A stretch of DNA of 64,000 nucleotides from the human T2T-CHM13v2.0 reference genome, Homo sapiens: assembly GCF_009914755.1 (NCBI RefSeq), contig NC_060928.1, one strand, 5' to 3'. Positions 13,701 through 31,112 of the stretch are shown one piece after another. The first letter of the stretch is position 1. Each line of letters starts with the position of its first letter. Position numbers and translations under genes: made by a program. The notes under the pieces were generated by a model. It was not told the origin of the DNA, searched no databases, and was given only the letters and a program-made list of their open reading frames with translations.

Positions 13701-15491
13701 TCTAAATTAGAAGGACTTATACAACTTTCTTGTAGAATTCACTTTACGTGAACATGCAGTAGACATTCAGTACACTTGTGGACTACTCAGAGACAATGTT
13801 GAATCAGTTGTGTTGAGATTCATTTATTTTCAGATTTGGAACCAGTCCTTAGCCCACACTAGAATATTTAAAATAATTTAAAAATAAATAAGTAATTGTG
13901 AAAATAAATATTAAACTGTCTTCTCAGCTTGAAACAGATATAAAATGCAAAATTAATCATATAAAGCAATCCTGTAAATATTGCTAGCTTGGGCAATCAT
14001 ACAAATTAAGATCAGTTATGCATTCATGATAGCTCACTGATATAATAAAAATGATGTAGGGCATGTGGTTGGGTGTCGTTGAAATCAGATTTCACTTGTC
14101 AGTGATACTGATTTGAAAAAAACATAAATTGAAGAAACCCTAATCAATGGGACTAAATAATACAATCAAATTAACATAAAATCTTCATAGAATGTTTTCA
14201 TTATCAGTGAACATAGTACTCCAGGCTTTCAGGAGCCATATTATAGAGATGGTAGAATGTTTGGAAAAATATTTTAAAGATATTCAAATCACTTAATTAT
14301 AATTTAAGTAAATTTTGGTTCACCAAGTAAGAAAAACTCACATTTGTATTTCTTCCCCTTAGCCACACAGAGCTGGGTAGAAGACGGCTTCTCTTCAAAG
14401 TATCGTTCCTTCATCTAGCATAGTTGCTATGGCCATAATAAGTCAAAGACATAGGTTGTGGTCATCCTAAAAAATGAAGCCTATATTTTGATTACTGTAA
14501 ACAGCATTGGAAAAAAAAGTCTGTGTAAGGCTTGAAAGAATATACTCTTTATTGTTTATGCATGAGGCGTCCTAGGAGAAGCTACATATGTAGCTGCTTA
14601 CATATGTATACTTTATTACAAATGAAGTGGAGTGGAAAAAAACAATAACAGAGAAGACTGTTGTAGAAAAATCCTCAGTTATGAGGCTCAGATGTAAATG
14701 TAAAACCTAGGGGCTTAGATCTTTAAAGCTTCTGGCTTTAAGAATGCTAGTTTATGATATGTAGTTTTAGGAGGAGCCCTTGAGAGAAACTATATTTACT
14801 GCAAAGATTTGCGAAGAAAAAAAAAAATACATGTGAAGTAAAAGTACTATCCATTAAACACTGAAAGCCAATTTCAATGAGAAATAATTTTTAAAGTTAA
14901 GTTATGGGGCCTCCACAGAGAAATAAAGCATAAGAAGGAAGTGTTCTTGTTAGATTTCCCAGGGTTGCTTTTCTGGGTGACAATGGCCTCATCTGTAAAA
15001 TGTAAATAGCCGTGAAGATATTTAACTGAATAGAGATTTTCCAAGCAGATATCTTGAGGTCCCTTTCAATGGGAAAGTATGTAAAATAACAGGGTTGCAG
15101 AAGCTAGAGTGAAAGGAGAGTTTGGTAAGAAGCGGATGACTGAGTGTTATTTCTGATTAAAAAAGAAAAAGGCAATTAAGATTAGAAAGAAATTAAGAAG
15201 GGAGCATCTTCAATTAGCTACATGAAAGGAGAGTTTATGTCTATCAGCCTATCAGAAGGGCTTGCATCCGAGATACAAATGAGGTTTATCAAAATCAATG
15301 CTACTGAGGACCCCATCATGGGTGACTATTAAAGTGAATCACAAACTCAGAATGGAACCCAAAAAAATTTCAATAATGTACTTCTGACCCATTAAAGTAA
15401 ATTCAATTACAGTTTTTAATGTTGTTATTACTGAAAAGAGTTAAGTGCACACGTATGTCAGTTCATATGATACAAAATAGCAATAATCCAA

Positions 15492-16625
15492 GTGCTCAGC
15501 GGGGGCGCTGCCCGGTGGCTCTGGCCCCGCCGGGCCGTTGGCCCAGCCCGCCGGCCCCTGAGCTCCGGTAGCCCGCCGCTGGAGAAGCTGTTCGCCCGGG
15601 GCGGGCCCTTGCGGACCTTCCTCGAGCGCCAGGCGGGGTCTGAAGCCCATTTGAAGGTCAGGAGGCCCGAGTTGCTGGCGGTGATCAAACTGCTGAACGA
15701 GAAGGAGCAGGAGCTGCGGGAGACTGAGCACTTGCTGCACGATGAGAATGAAGATTTAAGGAAACTTGCAGAGAATGAAATCACTTTGTGTCAAAAAGAA
15801 ATAACTCAGCTGAAGCATCAGATTATCTTACTTTTGGTTCCCTCAGAAGAAACAGATGAAAATGATTTGATCCTGGAAGTAACTGCAGGAGTTGGAGGTC
15901 AGGAGGCAATGTTGTTTACATCAGAGATATTTGATATGTATCAGCAATATGCTGCATTTAAAAGATGGCATTTTGAAACCCTGGAATATTTTCCAAGTGA
16001 ACTAGGTGGCCTTAGACATGCATCTGCCAGCATTGGGGGTTCAGAAGCCTATAGGCACATGAAATTTGAAGGAGGTGTTCACAGAGTACAAAGAGTGCCA
16101 AAGACAGAAAAGCAAGGCTGCGTCCATACTAGCACCATGACTGTAGCAATATTACCCCAGCCTACTGAGATTAATCTGGTGATTAATCCGAAAGATTTGA
16201 GAATTGACACTAAGCGAGCCAGTGGAGCTGGGGAGCAGCATGTAAATACCACGGACAGTGCTGTCCGGATAGTTCATCTTCCAACAGGTGTTGTTTCTGA
16301 ATGTCAACAAGAGAGATCTCAGCTGAAAAATAAAGAGCTGGCTATGACAAAGTTACGTGCAAAACTGTACAGCATGCATGTAGAAGAAGAAATAAATAAA
16401 AGACAGAATGCTAGAAAAATTCAGATTGGAAGTAAAGGAAGATCAGAGAAAATAAGAACATATAATTTTCCACAGAACCGGGTCACAGATCACAGAATAA
16501 ACAAGACGCTGCATGATCTTGAAACTTTTATGCAAGGAGATTATCTACTGGATGAACTTGTACAGTCATTGAAGGAATACGCCAATTATGAATCTTTAGT
16601 AGAAATTATTTCCCAAAAAGTTTAA
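15492..16625 (+). CDS. MTRF1L: Uninterrupted MTRF1L-derived ORF (377 codons, GTG start, GGQ mutated to GEQ); translation unproven
   Basis: RF1 motifs [31 protein letters not shown][E][36 protein letters not shown]. No stops or frameshifts. No ATG until 15909. Confidence 0.4.
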   Translation: MLSGGAARWLWPRRAVGPARRPLSSGSPPLEKLFARGGPLRTFLERQAGSEAHLKVRRPELLAVIKLLNEKEQELRETEHLLHDENEDLRKLAENEITLCQKEITQLKHQIILLLVPSEETDENDLILEVTAGVGGQEAMLFTSEIFDMYQQYAAFKRWHFETLEYFPSELGGLRHASASIGGSEAYRHMKFEGGVHRVQRVPKTEKQGCVHTSTMTVAILPQPTEINLVINPKDLRIDTKRASGAGEQHVNTTDSAVRIVHLPTGVVSECQQERSQLKNKELAMTKLRAKLYSMHVEEEINKRQNARKIQIGSKGRSEKIRTYNFPQNRVTDHRINKTLHDLETFMQGDYLLDELVQSLKEYANYESLVEIISQKV

Positions 16626-16811
16626 GTTGATTTGTTATTTATAGACTTTCGTAGCTTAGAAAAATTCTACAGTACATCCACATAGGGTGAAAGTACCCTT
16701 ACTCTCTTGAAAAACGTGAGTTAACACAGTTGGAGGTAATATGCATATTCTGAAGTCATAGATAATTTACACAGATCTCTCTCAATGCATTAGCAAAAAT
16801 CATACAATATA

Positions 16812-17063
16812 CAGATGGTCCTCGATTTACATTGTGGTTAATTCCCAATAAACCCGTCATAAGTTAAAAATGCATATAACGTTAGCAACACAGCAGTCTC
16901 CTAATTAATGACAGCTTGACTTAACAATTTTCCAACTTTACCATGGTGTGAAAGAGGTATGATTCCTAAGCCCTAAGGAGCTCCTCAGCTTGAAATGGGG
17001 CTGCATCCCTATAAACCCATCATAAAGTCAAAAAATCCTAAAACATAAGTTGGTGACCATCTG
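16812..17063. mobile_element. Internally deleted Tigger-type DNA transposon (MER82-like) within the retrocopied 3' UTR
   Basis: TA-flanked terminal inverted repeats cagatggtc ... gaccatctg. Confidence 0.75.
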
Positions 17064-17612
17064 TAATCATGATGTGGTGGTAAATCTTGGACGCTACCTT
17101 ACAATAACTAGACAAAGGAAAATCATCCTTTGTCCTGTTCTGTGTAAATATTTAATGAATGATCAAAACTTCAGTTTAAATATTATGAAAAACTTTAAAC
17201 ATAAAGTAGTAGAAATAAGACAGTAAATACTGTATCCTAATATCCAGTCAGGATACAGAAACCATACCATTAACTTGAACAGGGATAATTTTAATATAAA
17301 AAACTGTTAACTGATAATGGTATTAACTTTTAAGAGGGATGAAAGAGAGCTATGATGTCCTAGGACTGAGAGTACCCCAGGAAAGAATACCCTTGAAAGG
17401 GTCTCCCCTTCCCCATGGTGAAGTCAGGCCTAATGGAGAGAGTGGCTACAGCCTACTCAGTGATTGGGAAATTCCCTGTCTTGCCCTGGGCCAGAGCTGG
17501 TGTACCGCTGGTGGATCAGGTCTTACAAGCAAAGAACCTCACACTCTCAACTGGTAAGCCAGAAGCCTCTTGCTAGGGTGTGAGCAAAACTTGGACAGGA
17601 ACTCTCAGTAGA

Positions 17613-18070
17613 TGTTTGTGTTTGTCAAGATTCTCCAGACAAACTTCCTTAAAAGGATTGGCTTGTGTTGTTATTATTAAGTCTAACAAGTCCAAAAGCT
17701 GGAGTGTGAGGCAGGAGGCTGGAAACCCAGGAAAGCTGATGGTGCAAGGTCCAGTCCAAAGGTATCTGTTGGAGGATTCTCTTGTTCTGGGAAGAGGACG
17801 GTCTTTTTTTCTCTTCAGACCTTCACCTGACTGGATCAAGCCCACTAACATCGAGGAGGACAGTCTGCATTACTCAGAGTTCACTGATTGATTTAAATGT
17901 CAATCTCATATAAAACACCCTCACAGAAACACCTAGAATAATGTTTGACCTTATAATTGGAAAATCAGAGCAAAAGTTAAATCTCTAAAAAAAAAAAAAA
18001 AAAAAAAGTATGACCCAGTAGCTAGGCACCTGTGGCCCCGCCAAGTTGACACATAAAATTAACTGTCACA
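17613..18070 (-). mobile_element. MLT2 (ERVL) LTR within the retrocopied 3' UTR
   Basis: ctcacagaaacacctagaataatgtttgacc...caagttgacacataaaattaactgtcaca is the MLT2 terminus. Confidence 0.85.
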
Positions 18071-18176
18071 GTATCATCTTAGAAGTGAAAGAAGCCCCTT
18101 TATCCTGCAGTGCCCCTCTACCACCACCTACTGACAAAGAACATGGTGCTATCTGGCATGGGAGAAATGTTCAGTT

Positions 18177-18495
18177 TGCTATGGCTTGTATGTGTCCCCT
18201 CAAATTCAAGTGTTGCCAATGTGACAGCATCAAGAGGTGGGGTCTTTAAGAGATCACTAGGCCATGAAGGATTCTCTTAGGACTGGGATGAAGGCCCATA
18301 ATAAAAGAGGTTTCAGGGAGCATCCTGCTAGCTTGCCTTCTGTATGTGAGAACACAGCAAGAAAGCCCTAGTCAACAAGTGCCAGCTCCTTGATCTTAGA
18401 CTTCCCATCCTCCAGAACTGTGAGAAATACATTTCTGTTCCTTACAAATTACCCAGTCTCCTGTATTCTGTTATAGCAGCACAAAATGAAGATAC
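18177..18495 (+). mobile_element. MST(C/D)/MLT1A-type MaLR LTR within the 3' UTR
   Basis: tgctatggcttgtatgtgtcccc...ccagaactgtgagaaatacatttctg...gttatagcagcacaaaatg. Confidence 0.8.
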
Positions 18496-19123
18496 CATAC
18501 CTGAACACCTGAACATTCTTCACAAGGTAGTAAATGCACTGCTTTATTCTGGTCTCAGTATTGTGTGCTTAATAAGGAAATGAGAAAGGGTGGATCAGGG
18601 CATAGGATGAACAAGTTACTGCTAGACCTCTCACAATGCCACTAATGGATAAGATTGTATTTTCATCATTCTTGTCTCTTCGGAAGCTAACACCATGCTA
18701 TAATAGGCACTAAATAGATGTCTAAAAACACCTTAAGTATTTGTCTAGAAATCTGGTGCATTGTTCAGAAAGAACCAAAATTCAAAATAATTTCAAAGGG
18801 CCTAAAGCACTAGTTAATCAAAATTCATTAGTTTTTAATGGTACTACCACTCTCAAATTTAAAATGTCATCTTACGTTCCTCTTCCTCGCATTGGATTTA
18901 TTGCTAAAACCTGGTAAACACTTTTAATCCTTTTCAATTCCATTACCACTGCTCTTGTCCAGAATTACTTCGCAGACTAATAGTCACCTGACTTCTCCCC
19001 TGCATCAGATTTGCTGTCTAATTCTGGTTACAAATAAGTAACTGCCAAACTAATCTTTCTAAAAAGCAAGACTGATCTCGTCACTCCTTTGCTCAACAAT
19101 GTAAAAGCTCCCATTGTCTCCCA

Positions 19124-19129
19124 AATAAA
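19124..19129 (+). terminator. Polyadenylation signal AATAAA of the retrocopied mRNA
   Basis: 27 nt upstream of the encoded poly(A) tail. Confidence 0.85.
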
Positions 19130-21004
19130 ACCAGCTTTCCACTGTGTATACAATACAAAAAAAAAAAAAAAAAGTGCTCAGCAACAAGGCACCCAGTCAT
19201 CCCATATGTATTCACCGGGATCTAGGTGGGTGCTGGTCAGTCATTGACCTGGGTACCAGGGTTCTTGGCCTCAGGGAACCTACAGGCTAGTCAGAGAGAC
19301 AGATACCTTCTTTGATCAGTCAAGGAAATACATACTTACAAACTCTGATAATTACCTGATGTACAGAAAGACAACAAAAGAATATCACTTAGCCTAAGCT
19401 TCATTAAAGAAGTACCACTTGCACTGAAATATAGACTAAACGATTAGGTGTAAGGTTCATTTCATGATCAAGGACCATCCCATGAGAGAGGAGCAGGAGA
19501 GCATGATCTTTGAAGAATCTGAAAGACCAGTGTGCTGAAATACAGAGTGAGGACAGAGTGCTACTAGACCTTAAGAATATTATAGAGAAATTATACTGAA
19601 AATAGTATTAAAAATATAACATAGCCTTAAATTAAAATTGTATATATTTTATTCATAGTTTAAGTTATGCATTTATGTACATGAAGACTGGAAGAACATA
19701 TAGCAAAACAAAGAGTTGTATGAGTATTGTGAAATTATCAATTCCACCCCCTCTCTTTTAAAAGTATATATCTTAGTGAATGTGCTTTGTTGGCTTTTGT
19801 CCTAAAACTGGAAAGACACAGAAACATTGTTCCAGTGTTTAACAAGATTAACATGCACAAGACTGACATACACATTTTTGAAGTGTTTCATATTTTGGAT
19901 TGATATTATTAGAAAATTACCACTTGCCAGTCATCATAATGCAAACTGATTCCAGCAAAAATCATCAAAAGATGCTGAAAAATCATCAAAAGGTGACTTA
20001 GCTGGTGAAAGTTTGAGGACTAACAGGATATTTACATCATCTCAGAGTGTCTCCTCATAATGTGCTTACTAGTAAGAAAGAACTAACTGGTGACTTTGCA
20101 ATGAGCAGACCTGGCAGGGGTCCACCATCTTCATGAAGTGATCTAAGTTAACATCACGAGTAATGAGATGAATCAATACTTAGTGTCTCTTGATAAGATG
20201 CACTGAGAAGAACATAATATCATAGTGAATAATTCTGAGAAAATAAGGTATCGTCTAAATTCTGGGTCATATATTGTGAAGAGATATCAGACAAACCTAA
20301 ATTGAGAGACATTCTACAAAATACCTGGTCTGTACTCTTCAAAATGACATTGTCGTGAAGCACACAGTAAGGCCGAAGAATCGTTCCAGATTATAGGAGA
20401 CTATAGAGGAATGATGGCACATGGGAATAAAGGTTCTCGGTAGCCACAGCTGTACTGGCATTGTGGAAGTGCTCCATGAGAGATTGCCTAAGTGTGACTA
20501 TCATTCTCTGGCCCTCACACAATTCTATGGCAGAGACAATGTATCTTTAAAATATACCATTCTCTCATCCTAGACACAGAAGACAAGATTTGCCAGCCTC
20601 TATTGTAGTTGGGTAGTGGGCAAATTCTAGCAAAATTTAGGTGGAATTGATATAGACCAGACTCAGGCCTGGAACTTCAGAGCACTGGGCATGGTGCTCT
20701 TGCCCCCTCTTGGGGAAGCTTAGAGGCCACATACTCCAGATGGCATAGCTACAGGTATAGGGTAGTCACTTGGCCCTGTTAAATCAATGTGAGCAAAAAC
20801 TAACTGGTTATTGCTTTTAGATTTGGGAGGATGGTCTGTTGTAGCAGCAGCTAGCATTGCTTACCCTAACTAAAACATTTGAATATCCTTTATTTAATAC
20901 TCCTCTGCTTGAAGGAAATATAACAGATAGTAACAGCTGAACTTTTATCCTGACTGATAGTTTCAATTATTCAATAGATATTTTAGTAAAATTGTTAGGT
21001 TATT

Positions 21005-21205
21005 ACTGGTAATAGCTAACAATTTTTGTGTCATCTATGTGCCAGGCACTATGGCAAACATTTTACATATATAACGCTTTTTCTATATTTAGAAAAATTC
21101 TGTGAAGTAACATTATAATCCTGATGCTCAGAAAGGTTGAATAACTTGGTTACGGCAAGCCAGTTGTGAATTCAGGTCTATCTGGTCCCCACATTCATGC
21201 CTTTT
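21005..21205 (-). mobile_element. MIR SINE
   Basis: taatagctaacaattt...tatgtgccaggcact...gctcagaaaggttgaataacttg. Confidence 0.7.
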
Positions 21206-23159
21206 GTCATTATACAATGAATATCTTACTTGTCTTCCAATGTATGAATTATGTATAACAAGCTCGTTTGTGTGTATCCCACATTCTACAGCTAGTAATT
21301 GCCTCTCACCCTCCCACCATCATTGCCCTTTTAGCAAGAGCTTTGTGTACCTCCCAACTAATTTTGAGAAGAGCTCAGCCTCCAGGAGAGGCTGACTTGA
21401 GGAGCTCAGTTTTTCAGGCACAAGCACAGGTGACTTTCCTATTGCTTGTTCTGACTTTGGTGGTTTCTCAGCAACCTGGTCACACATTTACACAACCACC
21501 CTCCCCCTTAGTTTTCTGATAACTAATTTCCTCAGAAATAAGATTCTGTGCTCTAATTTTCACAAATTTCAGGTTTCTTTTTTGAATTTAGTAACCCCGC
21601 ACTCTTGTCCTGTTTGTCATGCCATGGAGTATATCTCTCATTGTGCCTACTGTGCCTGCCTTGGGGGCATGTCACTTCCTCTCCTGAACCCCAGTCTTCT
21701 GCAATATGACAAAAATACCTGTCGTACCTGCTGACAAACCTCCAGGATCTGAATCACTCACCTGGACACTGTGGCCAACTGCTGAGCTTGCGGATATCCA
21801 CTAATTAGATGGTGTATGACATGATTTGGAGCCCCTAATAATGTTTGCCATTAATGTGTTCGTCTCCCCAACTAACACAACTTTATAGGTTCATCCATAC
21901 ATGCCATGTCTTTAATTGCACCCCAGTAATCACTCAATCTGAAGTTCTTCTTAGAATACAATTTTGTGTTTTCAAGTCGAATCCATTTTGCTAATGAATA
22001 TTTCTCAGAAAAGATGACATTTAACATTTTGAATATTATTTTCCATTATTCTAAATTTAAATTGCAGTTAGTCCTGCCCATCAAAATTTTGAAACAAAAA
22101 ATAAAAATGAAGTGCCTAGTAACATCAAGTCCTATAGATGTATTGATTGGGACATTAAAACTTAGTTAATGATCAATTTGAATCACTAAAAAAAACCGTA
22201 TAATAACAAATTCATTTCAGCTTACATATCTACATTACAAAATCTCCATGGGCTAAAATAATAAATAATGCTTTCAAAATGAAAATAGTATTTAAGAGGC
22301 CTTACCTAAGTTTGTTTTACCCACTATGTGGGATACACTTGTTGAGGCTTAGTTACACCTCCACCCTCTAAGCTCTCCTTTGCTATCCAACAGTGAAGCT
22401 TTGGAGCAAAAAGTTTCTCAACAGTGCTGAGCCAACAGTGGTTCCAGTGGAATACAGCAATGTGAGTTAGGATAAGGATATGAAGACAGAAGAGGTCACC
22501 GGTACCTGTCTGTCCATGCCTGACATCCTATGGCAGATACGGGGTTTTGTCTATGACCATCAAGCAGCCTCATGGAATTACCCATTTCATGCTGTAGTCC
22601 TAGCAATTTGGAATTTTCTAAAACAGTCTTTGCATGTTTTCCCTTTTCCAGCCTTTGCAAGCTTTTCTCCCATGTATATATTCAACAGAAATGCATACAG
22701 ATATGCCTCAAAGACAAGTACAAAAATGTTAGTTACAGAGTTATTTATAATAGTTCAAAATAATAATCAAAATCATTAAGTGTATAATGGATAAACGGTG
22801 ACATACTCATGCAATGAAATATTATAAAACAGTAAAAAGAATGAGCTGCATATCCAACAGTTGTGTACATTCCTATTACTGTGTATTAAACATTTTTAAT
22901 TCAAAATACATAAAATGGCTTCTTTGATGAAATTTGGCTATTTATTAGCACGTTGTCTTGAGTAAACTATTGTATAATTGGACTAGCAATTTTAAGTATG
23001 CTCCCAAAGAGTGGGTCTGTTAAGTTCTGTGTGGGGAGGAATATTTGAAAGTGGCAGGAGGGAGTTTCACAGCGGCCACAGCATAATCACACCAGACAGA
23101 CAGAAGACAGAGCATGAGAGAGGAGTATGTAGGGCTTACAACGGGTGGAAGAGACGCTG

Positions 23160-24510
<1,351 letters not shown>

Positions 24511-24739
24511 AAGTTGGTTCCTCACTGTTTTTTCCTTTTATAAATATTCATTAAGAATTCTAGTATATTTTGGTTTCTAGATTTTCCTATCTTGTTTACG
24601 CTACCTAAATCTTTGCCACAGTTTTTCTAGTTAATAACAACTCCAAATTTGAAATATATGATGGGAAAACTAGTGTTGGGAATGAAAACAACTAGCATTA
24701 AAGATTAATGTAAATAAATATAGTTTATTATTTTGCAGA

Positions 24740-25055
24740 TTTTATTTAAATGTATTTAGGGGGTACACGTGCAGGTTCCTTACATACACATATTGCTTAG
24801 CAGTGAAGTCTGGGCTTTTAGTGTGCCCATCACCCAAATTATTAACATTGTACCCAATAGGTAATTTCTCAACCTTTGCCCTCCTCCCTCCCTCCCATCT
24901 TTTGTGTGTCCAGTGTCTATTATTCCAGTCTCTATATCCATGTGCATGCATTGTTTACCTCCTGTTTATAAGTGAGAATATGCAGCATTTGACTGTCTGT
25001 TTTTGAGTTGTTTCACTGAAGAGAATGGCCTCCAGTTCCATCCATGTTGCTGCAT
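24740..25055 (-). mobile_element. L1MA 3' end fragment
   Basis: ggggtacacgtgcagg...ataagtgagaatatgcag...ccagttccatccatgttgctgca. Confidence 0.85.
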
Positions 25056-25665
25056 ATTTTGAAAAATTTAATAACTCATTTGGATATGCTGGTTAATGCT
25101 CACAATCATTGCTTATATAATGAAATCTATAACTCAACAATGTCATTTTAATTAAAATGTACTCTTTGTTCATTGATGACAGTAGTTATCCTGCCAGTGT
25201 ATCTCACAAGAGACCCATCTATTCATTTGTTTTCCATATATCCACAAATAATTATTTCATGCCTGCACTTTCAGTACTGGGAATACAGTGAAAAACAAAA
25301 GAGAGCACCTTGCTCATGGAATTTATAAATTAGCTAAGTGGTCTGACAATAAACAGTAGAACAATGATACTATTTGAGCTGGAACTAAATGATGGTCCTC
25401 TGTGTACATGGCTTGGAGGAAGTAGAAAGAATAGTGGACAGTCCAAGGAGCAGAAAAATGGTGAGCACATTGAGGAAAGAAAAAAAGAAACAACTCAGTG
25501 TAACTGCAAGGGAGAAAGCTAGGATAGCATGGTGTGAGATGATACTAGGTGGGTGGCGGGGGAATGCCCATACCAGACCTTTCAAGTCATGGTGAAAGTT
25601 CGGCCTTTATTTTGAATGCAGTGGAAAATCATTTGAAAGTTATGTTCAAAGAAATGACAATATCT

Positions 25666-28622
<2,957 letters not shown>

Positions 28623-28719
28623 TGACAATATCTTATTTATATTTTACAAAGGCTACTCTGGATGTTGTATGAAAAAGTAGACTGTAGGATGCAACATTTG
28701 AAGCAGGAAGATCCACCCG

Positions 28720-30012
28720 CTACAATTTCTCTGCTCCATGTATTTCTGGCATCTGCTCAATTTAGATTTTTCTCTTCTGCCACCCACTGAAACTGCTTGG
28801 TCACAGTCATCTGTGACTTCCAGTTTGCAAAATTCAATGACCATTTATCATCCCAACCCAGCTGGACTCTTGACAACAGCAATCAACTTAGTTAATGACT
28901 TTCTCTTTCTAGAGACCAATTCTTCAATTGATTCTAGATTATTTTTTTCTACGTATACACTAATTTCTTAATGATCTCAAAATTTCAGTTTTAAGTAACC
29001 ATCTGCATGGTAGTTACTCTGGATTTACGCCTCTATCCTATGTTTCTCTCATTCCTTCAAACTCCAGGCTTAAACTTCCAAGATCCAACCAAATATCTCC
29101 TCTTGCATTTTAGCAGGCCTTATAGGCATTCAAAACTTGACATGCACTTGACATCTACTTCCTTCCGAAATTTCCTTCTCCCACAGACTTATGCACTTCA
29201 GGTGATGAACTCTCCAGTTCCTCCATCTAAAATCTTAAATAGCTGTTCTTTCTCTCTCGTCTACCATCCAATACATCAACAAATCAATTATCTGACAACA
29301 TCTTTACTTTTGAATTAGTACCACCATAACCAAAGGCACCACCATCTCACTTGAATTATGGGGACAACTTCCCTGAAAAGGCTTCCTACTTCTATCCTTT
29401 ATCCATATTAGTTTATACTTGGAACAACCAGAAAGGTTTTGTTAAAAGGTAATTTGAATCGCATCACGTCTCTGAAACTCATCTAAGTTGTTTCATCTTA
29501 CTTAGAGTACGAGTCAAAGTCATTACATTGTCTTTCATGGCCCTCCTCATTCTGGCCTCACCACATTTCTGTAGCCGACTATCCTCTCTCTAACTGATCT
29601 TGCTCCAGTCCAATCAGAATTCTTTTTAAACCCAGACAGCAAGTCTTGGTACCTGTTGTTTCTTCTACTTGGTATGTGCTTTCCCCTCATCTTTTAGGTC
29701 TTTGCACAAATAATACCTGGTAAGCGAAGGACTTTCTTTGATCACACTATTTAAATTTTCCCACTTCTGACATGTACTATGCGTATTCTCTGCTATAGTT
29801 TTCTCTCATGTGCATTGTCACTCAACAGAAGACATATAATTCTGTTTGTAAGTTTGCTGTAATTTATCCTTGTTATTTGCCTCTCTCAACAAGAATGGGA
29901 GTTTTAACATGGAGAAGGAATTTTTCTATATTGTAGTCTCTATTGTATTTCCAGCACTTCGAAGAATATCTGGAAAACAGGAAGTTATCAAAACATATTT
30001 GTTGAATAAATC
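28720..30012 (+). mobile_element. L2 LINE 3' portion
   Basis: L2 motifs ending in aaacatatttgttgaataaat. Confidence 0.7.
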
Positions 30013-30291
30013 ATGGGAAAATACAATTTATACAGCAAAGAAACTAATGATAGGATGCTTGGTGACAACCATGGTCATGCGGTCTTATAGAAGACAAAGG
30101 GGTTGAAACAGCAGTGGAGCAACTGGTTTCTGATATTAGTAATCTTTGGTTAAGTAAAAGGAAAGGCAGATCTGATGCCAAACGTAGGTATATCTGTTGT
30201 TTCGTGTATAAAGATGAGAAACTATTATTCAGATTGCTCCCATTTCTCAGGGAAGCACACGGCAAGGTTATCAACTGAGGGAAATTATTTA

Positions 30292-30832
<541 letters not shown>

Positions 30833-31112
30833 ATCTCAAAAAAAAAATCATAGTTATATAATAAGAAATGGGAAAAATTTAAATCAGTGGGGAAAATATC
30901 TTTTCAAATGACAAGGTAAAATTATGCATGAAGTAGAGGAAAGTATTTCAGATTGTAGTGAGGCAAATGTATAATGCAGAGACATTGCAGAGAAATTTGC
31001 CTTGGGCTACCTACACAGAAGTTACAGAAAAGAAGGAAGGAAATGAAAAATTTCTGGAACGATGTCATTTAGGAATAATATTAATTTACAATTACTTTTA
31101 GTGAATGGTACA

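Larger units (their letters stand above)
15501..19171 (+). pseudogene. MTRF1LP2: Processed retrocopy of MTRF1L (mitochondrial translational release factor 1-like, mtRF1a), near full-length mRNA copy
   Basis: Intronless class-I release factor CDS lacking the first ~6 codons. 3' UTR 16626-19156, AATAAA 19124-19129, A17 at 19157-19173, perfect TSD AAGTGCTCAGC at 15490-15500 and 19172-19182. Parent identity is confident; the P2 locus name is from memory. Confidence 0.93.

Noticed and set aside
15441-15784. Two antisense ORFs over the retrocopy 5' end
   Set aside because: Shadows of a GC-rich coding sequence with no recognisable homology.
15492-16625. The functional MTRF1L gene, a NUMT, or a horizontally acquired bacterial prfA
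   Set aside because: No introns or ATG, and it has a poly(A) tail, TSD, mitochondrial targeting-like N-terminus and a mammalian-repeat 3' UTR, so it is a retroposed nuclear mRNA.
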